NCBI GenBank assembly: GCA_013265495.1
Contig: MU057713.1
Location: 187,122-251,121, forward strand
Source: Vicugna vicugna
Lineage: Eukaryota
Length of the DNA: 64,000 nucleotides
Direction of reading: 5' to 3'
Every line of letters begins with the position of its first letter. The stretch's first letter is position 1. The notes below the pieces were generated by a model. The model made no database searches, was not told the DNA's origin, and saw nothing but the letters and a program-made list of their open reading frames with translations. Positions 25,612-36,351 of the stretch are shown in pieces. Position numbers and translations under genes: made by a program.

Positions 25612-25626
25612 AAAGGATGATGAGAG
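25612..25626 (+). repeat. 3' target-site duplication of the retrocopy
   Basis: aaaggatgatgagag, directly after or overlapping the poly(A) tail. Confidence 0.85.
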
Positions 25627-26873
25627 ATTTCCTTTGGAAAAAAAAGGAAATGTTATCTGGGTCTGGAAAGATGGGTAGGAATCAGAAGAGGTTAAATTAC
25701 ACATCTTGAATCTACTCAGTCTTGTTATTCATCTCATAAGATGGGACATTACTAGAGGAATAGAAGGCGTGGTCAGTGTGAGTCAAGCAGCCCGGCCAGG
25801 GCATCAGCACTGCCCATGGAGGAGGACAAACGGACAAGAAGGGAGGACCTCACATTGGCTTAGTCAGGAGATGCACCCGAGCAGTGACCACTTAACTTTC
25901 CCAGCCCTTCCAAAGCCGTATGGATCTTAAGTCCCTGTATTAAAACACTCATGGTCAGAATTCACAGCAGGGATTCTGTTTTCTTGGCCAAACCCTGACT
26001 GATGGGCAAAGTAGAAGGGTATTGGGTCTGCATAACTTAAGGAAGCTAAAACTGAGGAGAGGACAAAGAGGGAAAAACTAGACTGAATGAAGAATCTGTA
26101 ATGGAAGGAGAACAACAAGCAAAACGGCTTTTCTAAAAGATCAGAGGACTTGCACCTAAGAGCACACTGGTAACTGGAAATGGGTATTATTAGCAGCAGT
26201 GAATCACCTGCAGGGGCAGCTGGGCATGAGGGGATGAGCTGCCAGAAGAAAGACGCGCACAAGGAATACCTGAGGAAAAGTGGAGATAACCATTCAGCTG
26301 GGATCAGTGGAATCACAGGTCATTCACATCCATGATTAGGAAGCAGAGGACGTTATCTTACACAAAAATCTAGTGACCCAAATGAACTAACTCAAGCTTT
26401 AGAAATGATTTTTCCACCTACCTCAATAATGCATGCAAATACTAGCGCCAGAAAAATAGAACCCTTTCTCTATTATCACCCCAAGATAAAAATACTCCTG
26501 TGAATTATATAAAAGAACAGTTAATCTTTTCCCTTTCAGACATACAACACCCATTAAAATAAATTAATGTTTTTATACATCTGTCAAAGACAGATAATAT
26601 ATACTGTTAGTAAAGATCATTTGGGTTCATTTCTTCTACTTAGGAGCATACATATGAATGCAAATTAAAAGTACACTATAAAAATGTTCCAAGAGTTCCA
26701 AGAGCCTCTAACTCTCTCATTCACATAACACTAACAATCAAGAGGAAAGGATATTTCATGTCTCACTTTAATCAAGTATTCTCCAAGGATGACTACATGT
26801 CGCAACCATGGATAAGTTCTGATTTCCTTAGAAAACATCATTTAGATTATTATTTTTTAATTCTAGGTCAACA

Positions 26874-27049
26874 CAGTGGTTCCTAAACTTGTCTTCATGC
26901 TAGAATCATATGAGGATTTTTAAAAATTCCAAATCCCAGTCTACCATCTAGAGCAATTAGATCACAACCTCTGGGAGTGAGGCACAGGCATCATTATTTT
27001 TTGAAGTTCCCCAGGTGACTCCAACGTGCAGACAGGCTGGAAACCATGG
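26874..27049. mobile_element. MER5A-like hAT-Charlie MITE
   Basis: cagtggttcctaaactt...tagaatca...ccccaggtgactccaacgtgcag...ggaaacca. Confidence 0.75.
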
Positions 27050-27094
27050 TGTTAATACAGAACTGCTTAAAGGAAGCCAGATCAGCCCTGAGAG

Positions 27095-27260
27095 CAGCAG
27101 CCCTCAGACTGCGCTGCACACCAGGATTGTCTGGGTAGCTCCAAAATCCCTAGGCCCAGCTGCACCCCAGACTAATTAAAATATAAACTTTGAGGGACGA
27201 GAGCCAGCCATCAGTTGTTTTTTAAAGCTCCAAATGTGCAGCCAAGTTTGAGAATCAATG
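27095..27260. mobile_element. Second MER5A-like MITE
   Basis: cagcagccctcagact...ccccagactaattaaa...aatgtgcagccaagtttgagaatcaatg. Confidence 0.7.
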
Positions 27261-28296
27261 TGGTTTGTAATACTAATCACCATCATTAGATGTCTAGAAA
27301 AAGAACTTTATTGATACAGTAAAAATTCTTATTAAAACTCAAAAAAAGGAGGAAAAGAACAGGAACATGTATTATGTAAAAATAATGATGCTCTAGCAAG
27401 CAGACAAGCTCTTATATTAACAATATTGAAAATTAAGACCGCAAAAGAAAAAGACTAAGCAAGACAAAGGGATAAAAAGTAACGTACCTACCGTCATTTA
27501 AAGAGGACTGATTGAATCTTTCCATCTCTACATAATTAACAAAATATGTGCCTGTCCTATTCACTACTCTTGCCAAATGTCTAAGTTTAAGAAACCTTAA
27601 AAAGAAAGAATTTTAGTGGTAGGAAAAGGTTTCTAAATGCTCAGATATGTAAATTGAGTGACTGAATAATTTGAAAGCAAGGAAAGGTCACTTCTCATTT
27701 CTCACTCCCATTCTAATCAGTAGTTCCTGGCCACTCTTTGGTTTTGTTGAAAATTACCTCAGTGAGAACAAAATGCATAGTACATTTCAAATGCAGCAGA
27801 AGGTGTGGTTGAATTAAGATGATTCAATGATATAATTTTTAAATGTTTATTCAATCTTCACTTTCATGTAAATATCTTTCAGTGGAAGGTTTAAGTATCA
27901 TTTAAGACAGATTTTATAAAGTATAATTAGATGTGCTGTCAGATGAGAAGACAAATTAAAAGTGCAATTCACAGTGTTATGGCAGCAATGCCACCCGGAA
28001 CGGCTGATCTTTTGCGCAACATTCACAACAGAATGTAATCCAGTCTCCACAGCACATGCCATTATAGACTTGCAAAGATACTAGCATTTAAATTATTAAC
28101 CAATGCAGTTTCCTTTGGTGAAAAAACCCATGTGCTACATAAATGGGGGGAAGGTCTTTTTACCTTTTTCCAACTGACAGCCTCGTTTAAAAAAAAAAAA
28201 GCCTGTCACCATCAGTTCATCTGAGTAACAGCTAGGCAGGCACCACCATCAACAGTACATGCTTAAGACAAAATTATGTGCAGACATCTCTACAGC

Positions 28297-28774
28297 TGTT
28301 GGGGCCCAGGACAGACTATCCCTTAGGCCTCGATGGCACATTTATTATTTTGATTCAAAGTTATTTGAGAAATAGCTGGTAGGAAAAAAAGTATTAAAAA
28401 TTTTTTTCTGACTCCCTGCCTTTCCCTTAGTGCAGAAAATGAAGGTTTACCCAGAGGAGAGAAAGCATCCTTACTACCACAGTTAAAGAATTTCAAGCTA
28501 AAACTAGATAACCTATTACCTCTTCATGAGTTCACTACCCCAAGCACAAGCCCCTCTATTTTGTTAAATCTTCACTAATAATGGTTTCTTTGTCTAAAAG
28601 TGATATATAAACTGCCTGCTTTGGTCACTTTGGGGGTCTCCTGTCTACAAGACTTCTGTGTGTACCAATTGGATTTTTTTTTTCACATGTTGATCTGTCT
28701 TGTGTCCGTTTAATTATGAGACCAGCCAAAAAACTCAACAGTTGAAAGGGGAGCCAATTTCCCCCTGCCCAACA
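28297..28774 (+). mobile_element. ERV1 (MER34-group-like) solo LTR
   Basis: TGTTGGGG...CCCAACA ends; flanks cagc/ctgc (3/4 TSD); shares tttctttgtctaaaa...ataa..ctgcctgctttggtcactt with the LTR at 34875. Confidence 0.8.
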
Positions 28775-29114
28775 CTGCCAACCAATTAGAGACTTAGCAG
28801 TTGTTATAAATGCACACCCTTGGGCCAAAGCCAGCTGAACCAAGAGATTTCTAAACTATCCAGCTTCTAATGCAGAGGTAGGTGCAATTGCAGATATCAG
28901 GAGTCTTACCCTGAAACATCAAGAGGAAATCAAGAGGCAAACCTGTAAAAAGCACTTTTCTCTCTTCATCTGCTTGGAAGAAACTTAAAAAAAGAAAAAG
29001 AAAAAAAAAGTCACAGATGTTATGATTTGCCTTTTCAACCTCTTCGTTAAGCCACTACTGGACTCACCAGTTACCCAATCAAAAGGCGATGTTTTCCCAA
29101 ACAACCTGAATTGT

Positions 29115-29445
29115 GATTCTTAATTAAACAAGGAGGCCAGCAGATTGTGGGAGCTCTATATGTCATGGAAGGGCCTGTGTAACCAAACCAAAATCTAAGC
29201 CTGTAAATGCCTCAGGATTACAAAATTGAAGCTTAAGGACAACCAATCACAAACCACCAACCAGGCACTAAGATACAGACAATCAAATAGTTTCCTTTCT
29301 TTCCTTCCACAACTTCACTCTGTAATTATTTTCTTGGCTCCTGTAGGTAGAGGTCCATAAGCACTTTTACTTCGGTGCTGCCAAATTGGAATCGATCTTT
29401 GCTCAGATTCTTAACATTTTTAATGATTCAGTTTATGTATCAACA
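29115..29445 (+). mobile_element. ERV1 solo LTR (MER57-like), degenerate
   Basis: taaccaaaccaaaatctaag, aaccaatca CCAAT motifs, ends cagtttatgtatcaaCA; no clear TSD. Confidence 0.55.
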
Positions 29446-30500
29446 TACATGACTGAAAATAAAAATCACAAAACCAATTTTAACTTAGCACATTAAAAGG
29501 AATGTATGTGAATCATCTAAATCAGCTTTTCCTTTGAATCTGGTGAGCAATGTTTATTATGTTTCAAGCATTATAAAGAAAATGAGATAATCTAAAAGCC
29601 ATTCTTTTTCTAAGCATAAAATATTTTGCAACTTTTCATATGAACTTGCCTTATAAACTACCTAGACTTTAATCCAAATGAAAGACTCAAACTTTTCTGC
29701 CCAAACCTCATTAAACGGTTGATGTGATTAGCATTTCAATTCTCCTCTGAGCAAAGTCTATGGATAAATAAAATGTTTTGTCTCCAAATTTTAAAATGGT
29801 TCTAAATAGCTAGTATTAAAAAAGCCTTTTTAATTTCAATTATCTCCTTTCCTGAAAGATGGTCTATGCTTTTTGCACCCACACTAGAACTATTATAAAA
29901 GCTCTAGCAAATTATGAAACAAAAATGCCTCATTGTTTGATTTTCCTCTTTGACGTTGTTCACCAAGGGTGCACTCAATGTCCTGTCTTCCATTGCTTAG
30001 CCCAGACAATGGATGTGCTGCTGTCAGCCGGCTCTTTCTGACTGAAACCTCTTCTTTTGTGCAACTCATTCAGTAACCCTGTACCTGGCCTCTAAAAAGA
30101 ATAAACTTGTATTTGTACGTCTTACAGTTGGTAGACCAAAGGAGTAAAATTGTCACTCTTTTTAAAAGCCTAGTTTCCTTGGTTGCATTCATTTAATTCT
30201 ACAGGCCTTTGTCATTCCTAAAGTATGCATCCACTCTTTCCCTTTGTCTCTCTCACCATAAGATAAATCAATGCAAAACAGCCACTTTTGTGAGCATCAG
30301 TCTTTCAGCCAGCCTCTTATAAAGCAAACATAGTGGTGTCCTTATTCTTCTGATCGGTTCTCAGACATCCTCTGATGGTTGAGGAGGCAAGGAGGAGAGA
30401 TAACAAGAGGAAAGAAAGGATCATAATTTAGGTTTCAATATATTAAGAATTTGTCTTTTTGATTAATAATTCATTTTATAAGAATCATGAAAACAGCTCT

Positions 30501-30889
30501 ACAACACTGTCCATAAGGGTGTTCAGAAGCAGTGAAAGGGAGCAGAATTTGCACCCCCCCCCAAATATGTCTCTTTGGCATAAGGATTATTTTAGGGTGA
30601 TTATTTTTAAGAAACAGCAGACATAGGAGAAGCTCTGAAAACCAAGTAGAAGTTTTCTCAGAGACATTTACAAGGGAAATCATCATTTGTAACCGACAAC
30701 ACTGTCCATAAGGGTGTTCAGAAGCAGTGAAAGGGAGCAGAATTTGCACCCCCCCCAAATATGTCTCTTTGGCATAAGGATTATTTTAGGGTGATTATTT
30801 TTAAGAAACAGCAGACATAGGAGAAGCTCTGAAAACCAAGTAGAAGTTTTCTCAGAGACATTTACAAGGGAAATCATCATTTGTAACCG
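30501..30889 (+). repeat. Tandem duplication of 195/194 bp (30501-30695 and 30696-30889)
   Basis: Two head-to-tail copies from acaacactgtcc to tttgtaaccg that appear identical except for a C9 vs C8 run. Confidence 0.95.
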
Positions 30890-31269
30890 TGTCTCCCTTT
30901 CTGTACCAGGAAGAGGAGGATGTTTAAGTCTCTAGAAACTCTTATCAATGGAGAAGGCATGGATTGGAACCTGCATAACATCCATAACTTGACTGCTGGG
31001 CTTTGCCTGGTAACCTCCCATAACTGGCTTCTCTACAGCTCCCAACATCTTCTATTGTCTTTTGCTGAAGAAGGTATTAAAGGGGGTGGCTTGGGCCATT
31101 TGGGGGAGTTACTCAGCTTTCCTGGGTATCTCCCTTCTATATAGGAGGTAAACAAGTTATTAAACAATCTGTTTGTTTTTCTCCTGTTAATCTGTCTTTT
31201 ACAAGGGGGGCAGGGGCATCTCACCCAAGAACCTAGAAGGGTAAGGGGGAAAATTCTTCCTTCTCCAGA
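30533..31269 (+). mobile_element. ERV1 (MER34-group-like) solo LTR with 4-bp TSD (GCAG); 5' end duplicated
   Basis: Starts TGAAAGGGAGCAGAATTTGCACCCC (at 30533 and again at 30728); ends aaaattcttccttctccaga; GCAG at 30529-30532 / 30724-30727 and 31270-31273. Confidence 0.85.
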
Positions 31270-31849
31270 GCAGCATTACCCAGATTTTGCTTAGCAATGA
31301 ATATTTATTGAGCTTTGTGACTTTGGGCAGTTTCTTAGCTTCTCTGTGCCACATTTTCTCATGTGAAAATGAAGGTAATAATATTACTTCTCTCAAGAGG
31401 AGATTATTGGATTAAAAGGGATAATGTACACAAAATACTCCAACTACCTGAGTAATTGGGTTAAATTTAATTTGACAAATTAAATTAATTTCTTATTTTG
31501 AAAGCAGAATTTAATGAAGATCTTCAAAAGGCCTAGTACCCTCTATCTAAAATAAATCTGATGACCTCAGCACCCTTATCTGCATTAATCATACACATCA
31601 CACCCTACCTTCCAAGATATCCACCTATTAATGTCATAATATTGTGACAAATACTCTAACTAGGAGACTTAATAATTTCCAAAGTGAAAATGTATTTTGA
31701 AATTTAAAAGAAAGGAGAAATGTTCCTATATGAGAAAGAAAGAAGGATTGGCATACATCTATGTCAGACAGAAATATTCAGGGGTGGGGAGAAAAAACAG
31801 CCCGCAGGTCTACACACCCCCCCACATGCATTAGACCTGGGTGTCCTTG

Positions 31850-32095
31850 TGGTGCTTAGTGACTCTCAAAATTGAAGATACCTTGGATTCATCTGGGGAG
31901 CAATTAAGTCTATGTAGAGAAAATGCAGATTTCAGGGCCTCAACTTCAACTACTGAATTAGAACCTTGGGATGCAGAGGAGGGTAAGAGCCTAGAAACTG
32001 ACGCTAGACAAGAACCCCCTCCTAGGCTCAAAGACCCCCCACCCCAGTGACTATGATGCATGAGTCCATGTACCACACATTAAGAAACTCTTAAG
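31850..32095. mobile_element. MER5-like hAT MITE, degenerate
   Basis: ctctcaaaatt...aaaatgcagatttcagggcc...ctactgaattagaacc...ccccagtgactatgatgca. Confidence 0.55.
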
Positions 32096-33746
32096 AACTG
32101 AAGTCTGAGTGAGCAGTAGCTACGCTCACTGATTCTTGCCTACATTTGCATTGCTTTTCAAATGAGGCACACATCCAGATGTTCAATTTCCTCAATGAAC
32201 CCTTCCAACTGCCTCCTAGTCAGAAAAACCAAGAGTCTAGCTCTCTATTAACTGAGAAAGTGTGTGAAATTCATTTTCATGGGAGAATACACTTTGCTTC
32301 TTCAGTGCTAAACCATAATAGGTTACAATGTGAAACTAAATGACATTTGCCATTTTCCAACAAATAACTTGATGTTGTTTTCTTTTGATATCAAATGAAT
32401 TAGCATCAAAATGAATTTTGGTCAAACTCCCCCCAAATACCACAGTCACTTTGTAATTGTGCAGCACACTGTTTAATTTCCTTGCCACTGCACTGCATTT
32501 ACCACATAATTAAATAAATAGTAATTATCCTTTGAGGAACCAATACCTGAAAAGAATGTGTGTATGCTAAAAGGAATCACTGTCTTACTGAATAAACAAG
32601 AGAAAAAGATCATTAATGAAAGTATAAAAATTAAGCCACTTAAAAAATATCTCAAATGTTGTAAGTTTTAGACTATATCACATGGAATGAAAAAGGAACA
32701 AAGTCAAAAAGAGAAAATTTAGTGAAATGGTGATTCATTTACTGTATCATCATTTCAGAACTTGAAGCTGGCAGCAGCAGTTCACCCTTTCCACTTAAAA
32801 AAAAAAATGCTAAAATCCAAGTGAATCTATAAAGCCAGGGTACAGGAAGAGTGTGAAAGGAGTGAGATAATGTATCTTCTAGCAAGTCACTGAAGTACTG
32901 CCCAGAAAATATCTTGAATTGGATAAAATGTCACTTGAATTGGAAAAGGAAGGAGAGTTCATAAGGAGGAAGTTAAGAAAATAACAGAAAATAAGAGGAA
33001 AGAATGAAAAAAAAAAAAGGAAATGAAAAACCACTCTCCAAGAAAAAAGCAGTATTGCCACAAAGTAGGTGGGCAGCACAGCCCCCACCCAGGCAGCTCA
33101 TGGGCACAGTAAGGATGCTGAGGAGGCCAGCCAGTGAGAGATGCAGGCCTAGGGAACCTGACCAGAAGAGACGGCTCACAGGGAATCATCATGGAAAGAG
33201 GGAAATAAAGAGGAAAAATTAATCACTCTCTATGTTCATTTTCCACACCTCCTTCCCATAGGCAAAACTTACCAACTCTGTGTTTATGAAATAATACTTT
33301 TTATACCACACTGACTAGAGGCATTGTTGCTCATGTTTGTTTAGAAAACTTTTTTTTCTTTTACATACGTTATCTTTAAAGTGTATTTTGTGCTCATGAA
33401 TTGTTCAGAGCATTTTTTTTTAACTTCCAAATACTCTTTCTCCCACAGGAATATGCCCCTGGAATCACAATATAAGAGAATCAAAAATGATTATTTGATT
33501 TCCAAACAATAGAGCCTGACTCTGTCTTTTGAACCTCAGGTGCAAGGAAACAGCACACTATCAGCATTGTAAAGCCTCTCTTTTGTTTAACTTTCAATTT
33601 ATTTCTAATCCTCCCTTGCTCCATAGACCCCCTTTCCTAAACTGCTTGCTATATGTCCTGAAATATGCCAATATCTTTATGAAAATAGTAAGCCCATATG
33701 AATGTTTAATTGAGAATGTAGTAGTAGGCTATGCATCTCATTTTTT

Positions 33747-34686
33747 ATTGAAGTATAGCTGATTTATAATATTATGTTAGTTTTAGCTGTATAGCACACT
33801 GATTCAGTTTTATATATATATATTTCCAATTCTTTTCCATTATAGGTTATTACAAAAAGCTAAATATACTTCCCTGTGCTATATAGTAAATCCCTGTTAT
33901 TTATCTATTTTATAAAAAATAGTGTTTGTCTGTTAACTTCACACTCCTAATTTATCCTTTCAGCCCTGTTTCCCCATTGGTAACCATAGGTTTGTTTTCT
34001 ATGTCTCTCAGCCTATTTCTGTCTTGTAAATAAGTTCATTAGAATAATTTGGCAGATTCCATATATAAATGATATCATATATATTCGGCCTTCTCTGATT
34101 TACTTCACTCACTATGATAATCTCTAGGCCCATCCATGTTGCTGCAAATAGCAATATTTTGTTCTTTTTTATAACTGAGTAGTGTTCCATTACATAGACA
34201 GACAGACAGACAGACTGACCACATCTTCTTTATCCATTCACCTGTTGATGGACACTGGATATTTAGGTTGCTTCCACATCTTGGCTATTATAAATAGTGC
34301 AGCTATGAACACTAGGGTACATGTGTTTTTTTAATTAAAGTTTTCATCTTATCTGGATATATGCCCAGGAGTGAGACTGCTGGATCAAGGAGCCTCCATA
34401 ATGTTTTCCATAGTGGCTGTACCAATTTACATTCCCACTAACAGTGTAGAAGGGTTCCTTTTTCTCCACACCCTCTCCAGCATTTATTATTTATAGACTT
34501 TGTGATGATGGCCATTTTGACTGGTGTGAGGTGATACCTAATTTTGGTTTTGATATGCATTTCTCTAATAATTAGCCATGCTGAGCATCTTTTCATGTGC
34601 CAGTTGGCCATCTGTATTTGGAGAAATGTCTGTTTAGATCTTCTACCCATTTTCTGATCGAGTTATTTGTTTTTTTGATATTGAGT
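33747..34686 (-). mobile_element. 5'-truncated L1 (cetartiodactyl-type 3' UTR) with perfect 15-bp TSD
   Basis: tgcatctcatttttt at 33732-33746 and 34687-34701; ORFs 34008-34190 and 34438-34650 give L1 ORF2 C-terminal peptides ([25 protein letters not shown]). Confidence 0.92.
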
Positions 34687-34874
34687 TGCATCTCATTTTT
34701 TCATTGTTTCTTTATTTCTTAACTTATACCAGGTCCTTAATATCTAAGCTCTTAGTATCTATCCATGTTACCCTATTTACACCTAGGTTTGTTGCCTTGA
34801 AATGCACATGTTAAGCATACATCTCCCATATTTTACTGCCTCAGCTCCCTAGCTATGGGTATCTTTGTTGTCTC

Positions 34875-35348
34875 TGAAGGAGAGCAGAATATGCCACCCC
34901 AAAATATGCCACTTCACTTTGAAGTGCAGTTACTTAAGGAACAGCCAATGGAGACGGATACTCTGAGCCTCTTTGTTCCCCTGAAAGCAGGAACCAAATC
35001 TCCCACGTGAAAAGTACCCTCCCCAAACCAGAAGGCTAAAAGGCATCCTTTTATCACCAGAAACAGGGAATTTAGGGCCAAGACGACTATATAACAAGCT
35101 TTGTTACCTCTTCACTAATTTACTGCCCCAAGCCCAACCCCCCTTGCCTTGTCAGTTCTTCACAGATGTTTTGTTTCTTTGTCTAAAAGGTATAAATGCT
35201 GCCTGCTTTGGTCACTTCTTTGAGTCTCCTATTTTTATGGTCTTCTGTACATATAAAATTATTTTTCTTCTGTTAATCTGTCTTTTGTCTAATTACTAGG
35301 CTAAAGATTCAAGAAGGCAAGAATGGAAAAGTTTTCCACTCCTATACA
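34875..35348 (+). mobile_element. ERV1 (MER34-group-like) solo LTR
   Basis: Starts TGAAGGAGAGCAGAATATGCCACCCCAAAATATGCC, ends ctcctataCA; flanks tctc/tcta (3/4 TSD); tataaa present. Confidence 0.85.
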
Positions 35349-35555
35349 TCTAACTCTTAAGTATCACTCCCAACATCACCAAAATTGACGAGAGAGAAAG
35401 ATAATCCTCAAATATATCCTTTACCCGTGTTTACAAAATGCTCTCAGTTTGTTAGAATTTTCTATAGGGTGTATCAGGTCTGAGTGAGTAACCATGGTGC
35501 ACATGCTAACTTAATTTCACTAAGTGCCACCAGACTGCTCTCCTGAGTGACCACA

Positions 35556-36351
35556 GAGGCACAGCCTTGTTTTATCGTGTGCTGCTTTGCTGCACTTTGC
35601 TGATATCGCCTTTTTTTTTTTCCCACAAATTGAAGGTTTGCGGCAACCCTGCACCAAGCAAGTCTACTGATGTCATTTTTCCACCAGCATCTGTTCACTT
35701 CCTGTCTCTGTGTCGCATTTTGGTAACTCTCGCGGTATTCCAGACTTTTTCATTACTCTTCTATTTGTTACGGTGATCTGCGATCAGTGGTCTTTGATGT
35801 TACTATTGCAAATCTTCTGGGGTGACAGCAAACTGAATCAACAAGTGTGTGTGTTCTGACGGCTCCACCAACCAGCCGTCCCCCATCTCTCACCCTCTTC
35901 TCAGGCCTCTCTAGTCCATGAGATACAACCACATTGAAATTAGGGCAGTTAATAACCTTGCAATGGCCTCTAAGTGTTCATGTGAAAGGAAGCGTTAACT
36001 GATGTGGCAAACTTCATTGCTGTCTTATTTTAACAAATTGCCCCAGTCATCCCAGCCTTCAGCAACCACCACCCTGATCAGTCAGCAGCCACCAACAATG
36101 AGGCAAGACCTCCCACCAGCAAAAAGATTACAGCTTGCTGAAGGCTTAGATGATGGTTAGCATGTTTTAGCAATGAAGTCTTTTTAAATTAAGGTACGTA
36201 CGTTATTTTTTAGACATAAGTGCTCTTGCACACTTAATAGACCACAGTGCAAAATTTATATGCACTAGGAAACCAGAACTTGGTGTGACTGGCTTTAGTG
36301 CCATACTCACTGTATCATGGTCTGGAACCAAGTACCTCTGAAGTCTGCCTG
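35556..36351 (+). mobile_element. Internally deleted Tigger1 DNA transposon
   Basis: Left end gaggcacagccttgtttta...acaaattgaaggtttgcggcaaccctgc; right end cagcagccaccaacaatgaggcaagacc...ctgaagtctgcctg; most of the transposase is missing. Confidence 0.85.

Larger units (their letters stand above)
24756..25614 (+). pseudogene. PPP1R14B: Processed (retro)pseudogene of PPP1R14B / PHI-1 (protein phosphatase 1 inhibitor, CPI-17 family)
   Basis: Translation LAAPAPGPGSG...RRQGKVTVQYDRKELRKRLNLEEWILEQLTRLYDCQEEEIPELE...EAFISGLLDKIRGMQKLSTP matches PHI-1 as recalled; no introns; GC-rich 5' UTR, 3' UTR, AATAAA 25568-25573, A14 tail 25601-25614, 15-bp TSD. Confidence 0.95.

Noticed and set aside
24756..25614. 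Possibility that this is the true PPP1R14B gene
   Set aside because: The parent gene is multi-exonic; this copy is intronless with a genomic poly(A) tail and TSD
24732..25704. Minus-strand ORFs of 130, 208 and 82 aa over the retrocopy
   Set aside because: Antisense shadows of a GC-rich coding sequence, with no recognisable homology
30471..30889. Repeated-peptide ORFs or CRISPR-like array
   Set aside because: Only two long head-to-tail copies with no spacers, in eukaryotic LTR sequence
28297..35348. Full-length provirus between similar LTRs
   Set aside because: LTRs differ in sequence and flanks; no primer-binding site or gag/pol/env seen; the interval holds L1, MIR and MER5 sequence
35567..35776. 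ORFs inside Tigger1 as a domesticated transposase
   Set aside because: Element is internally deleted to about 0.8 kb and the ORFs are not transposase-like
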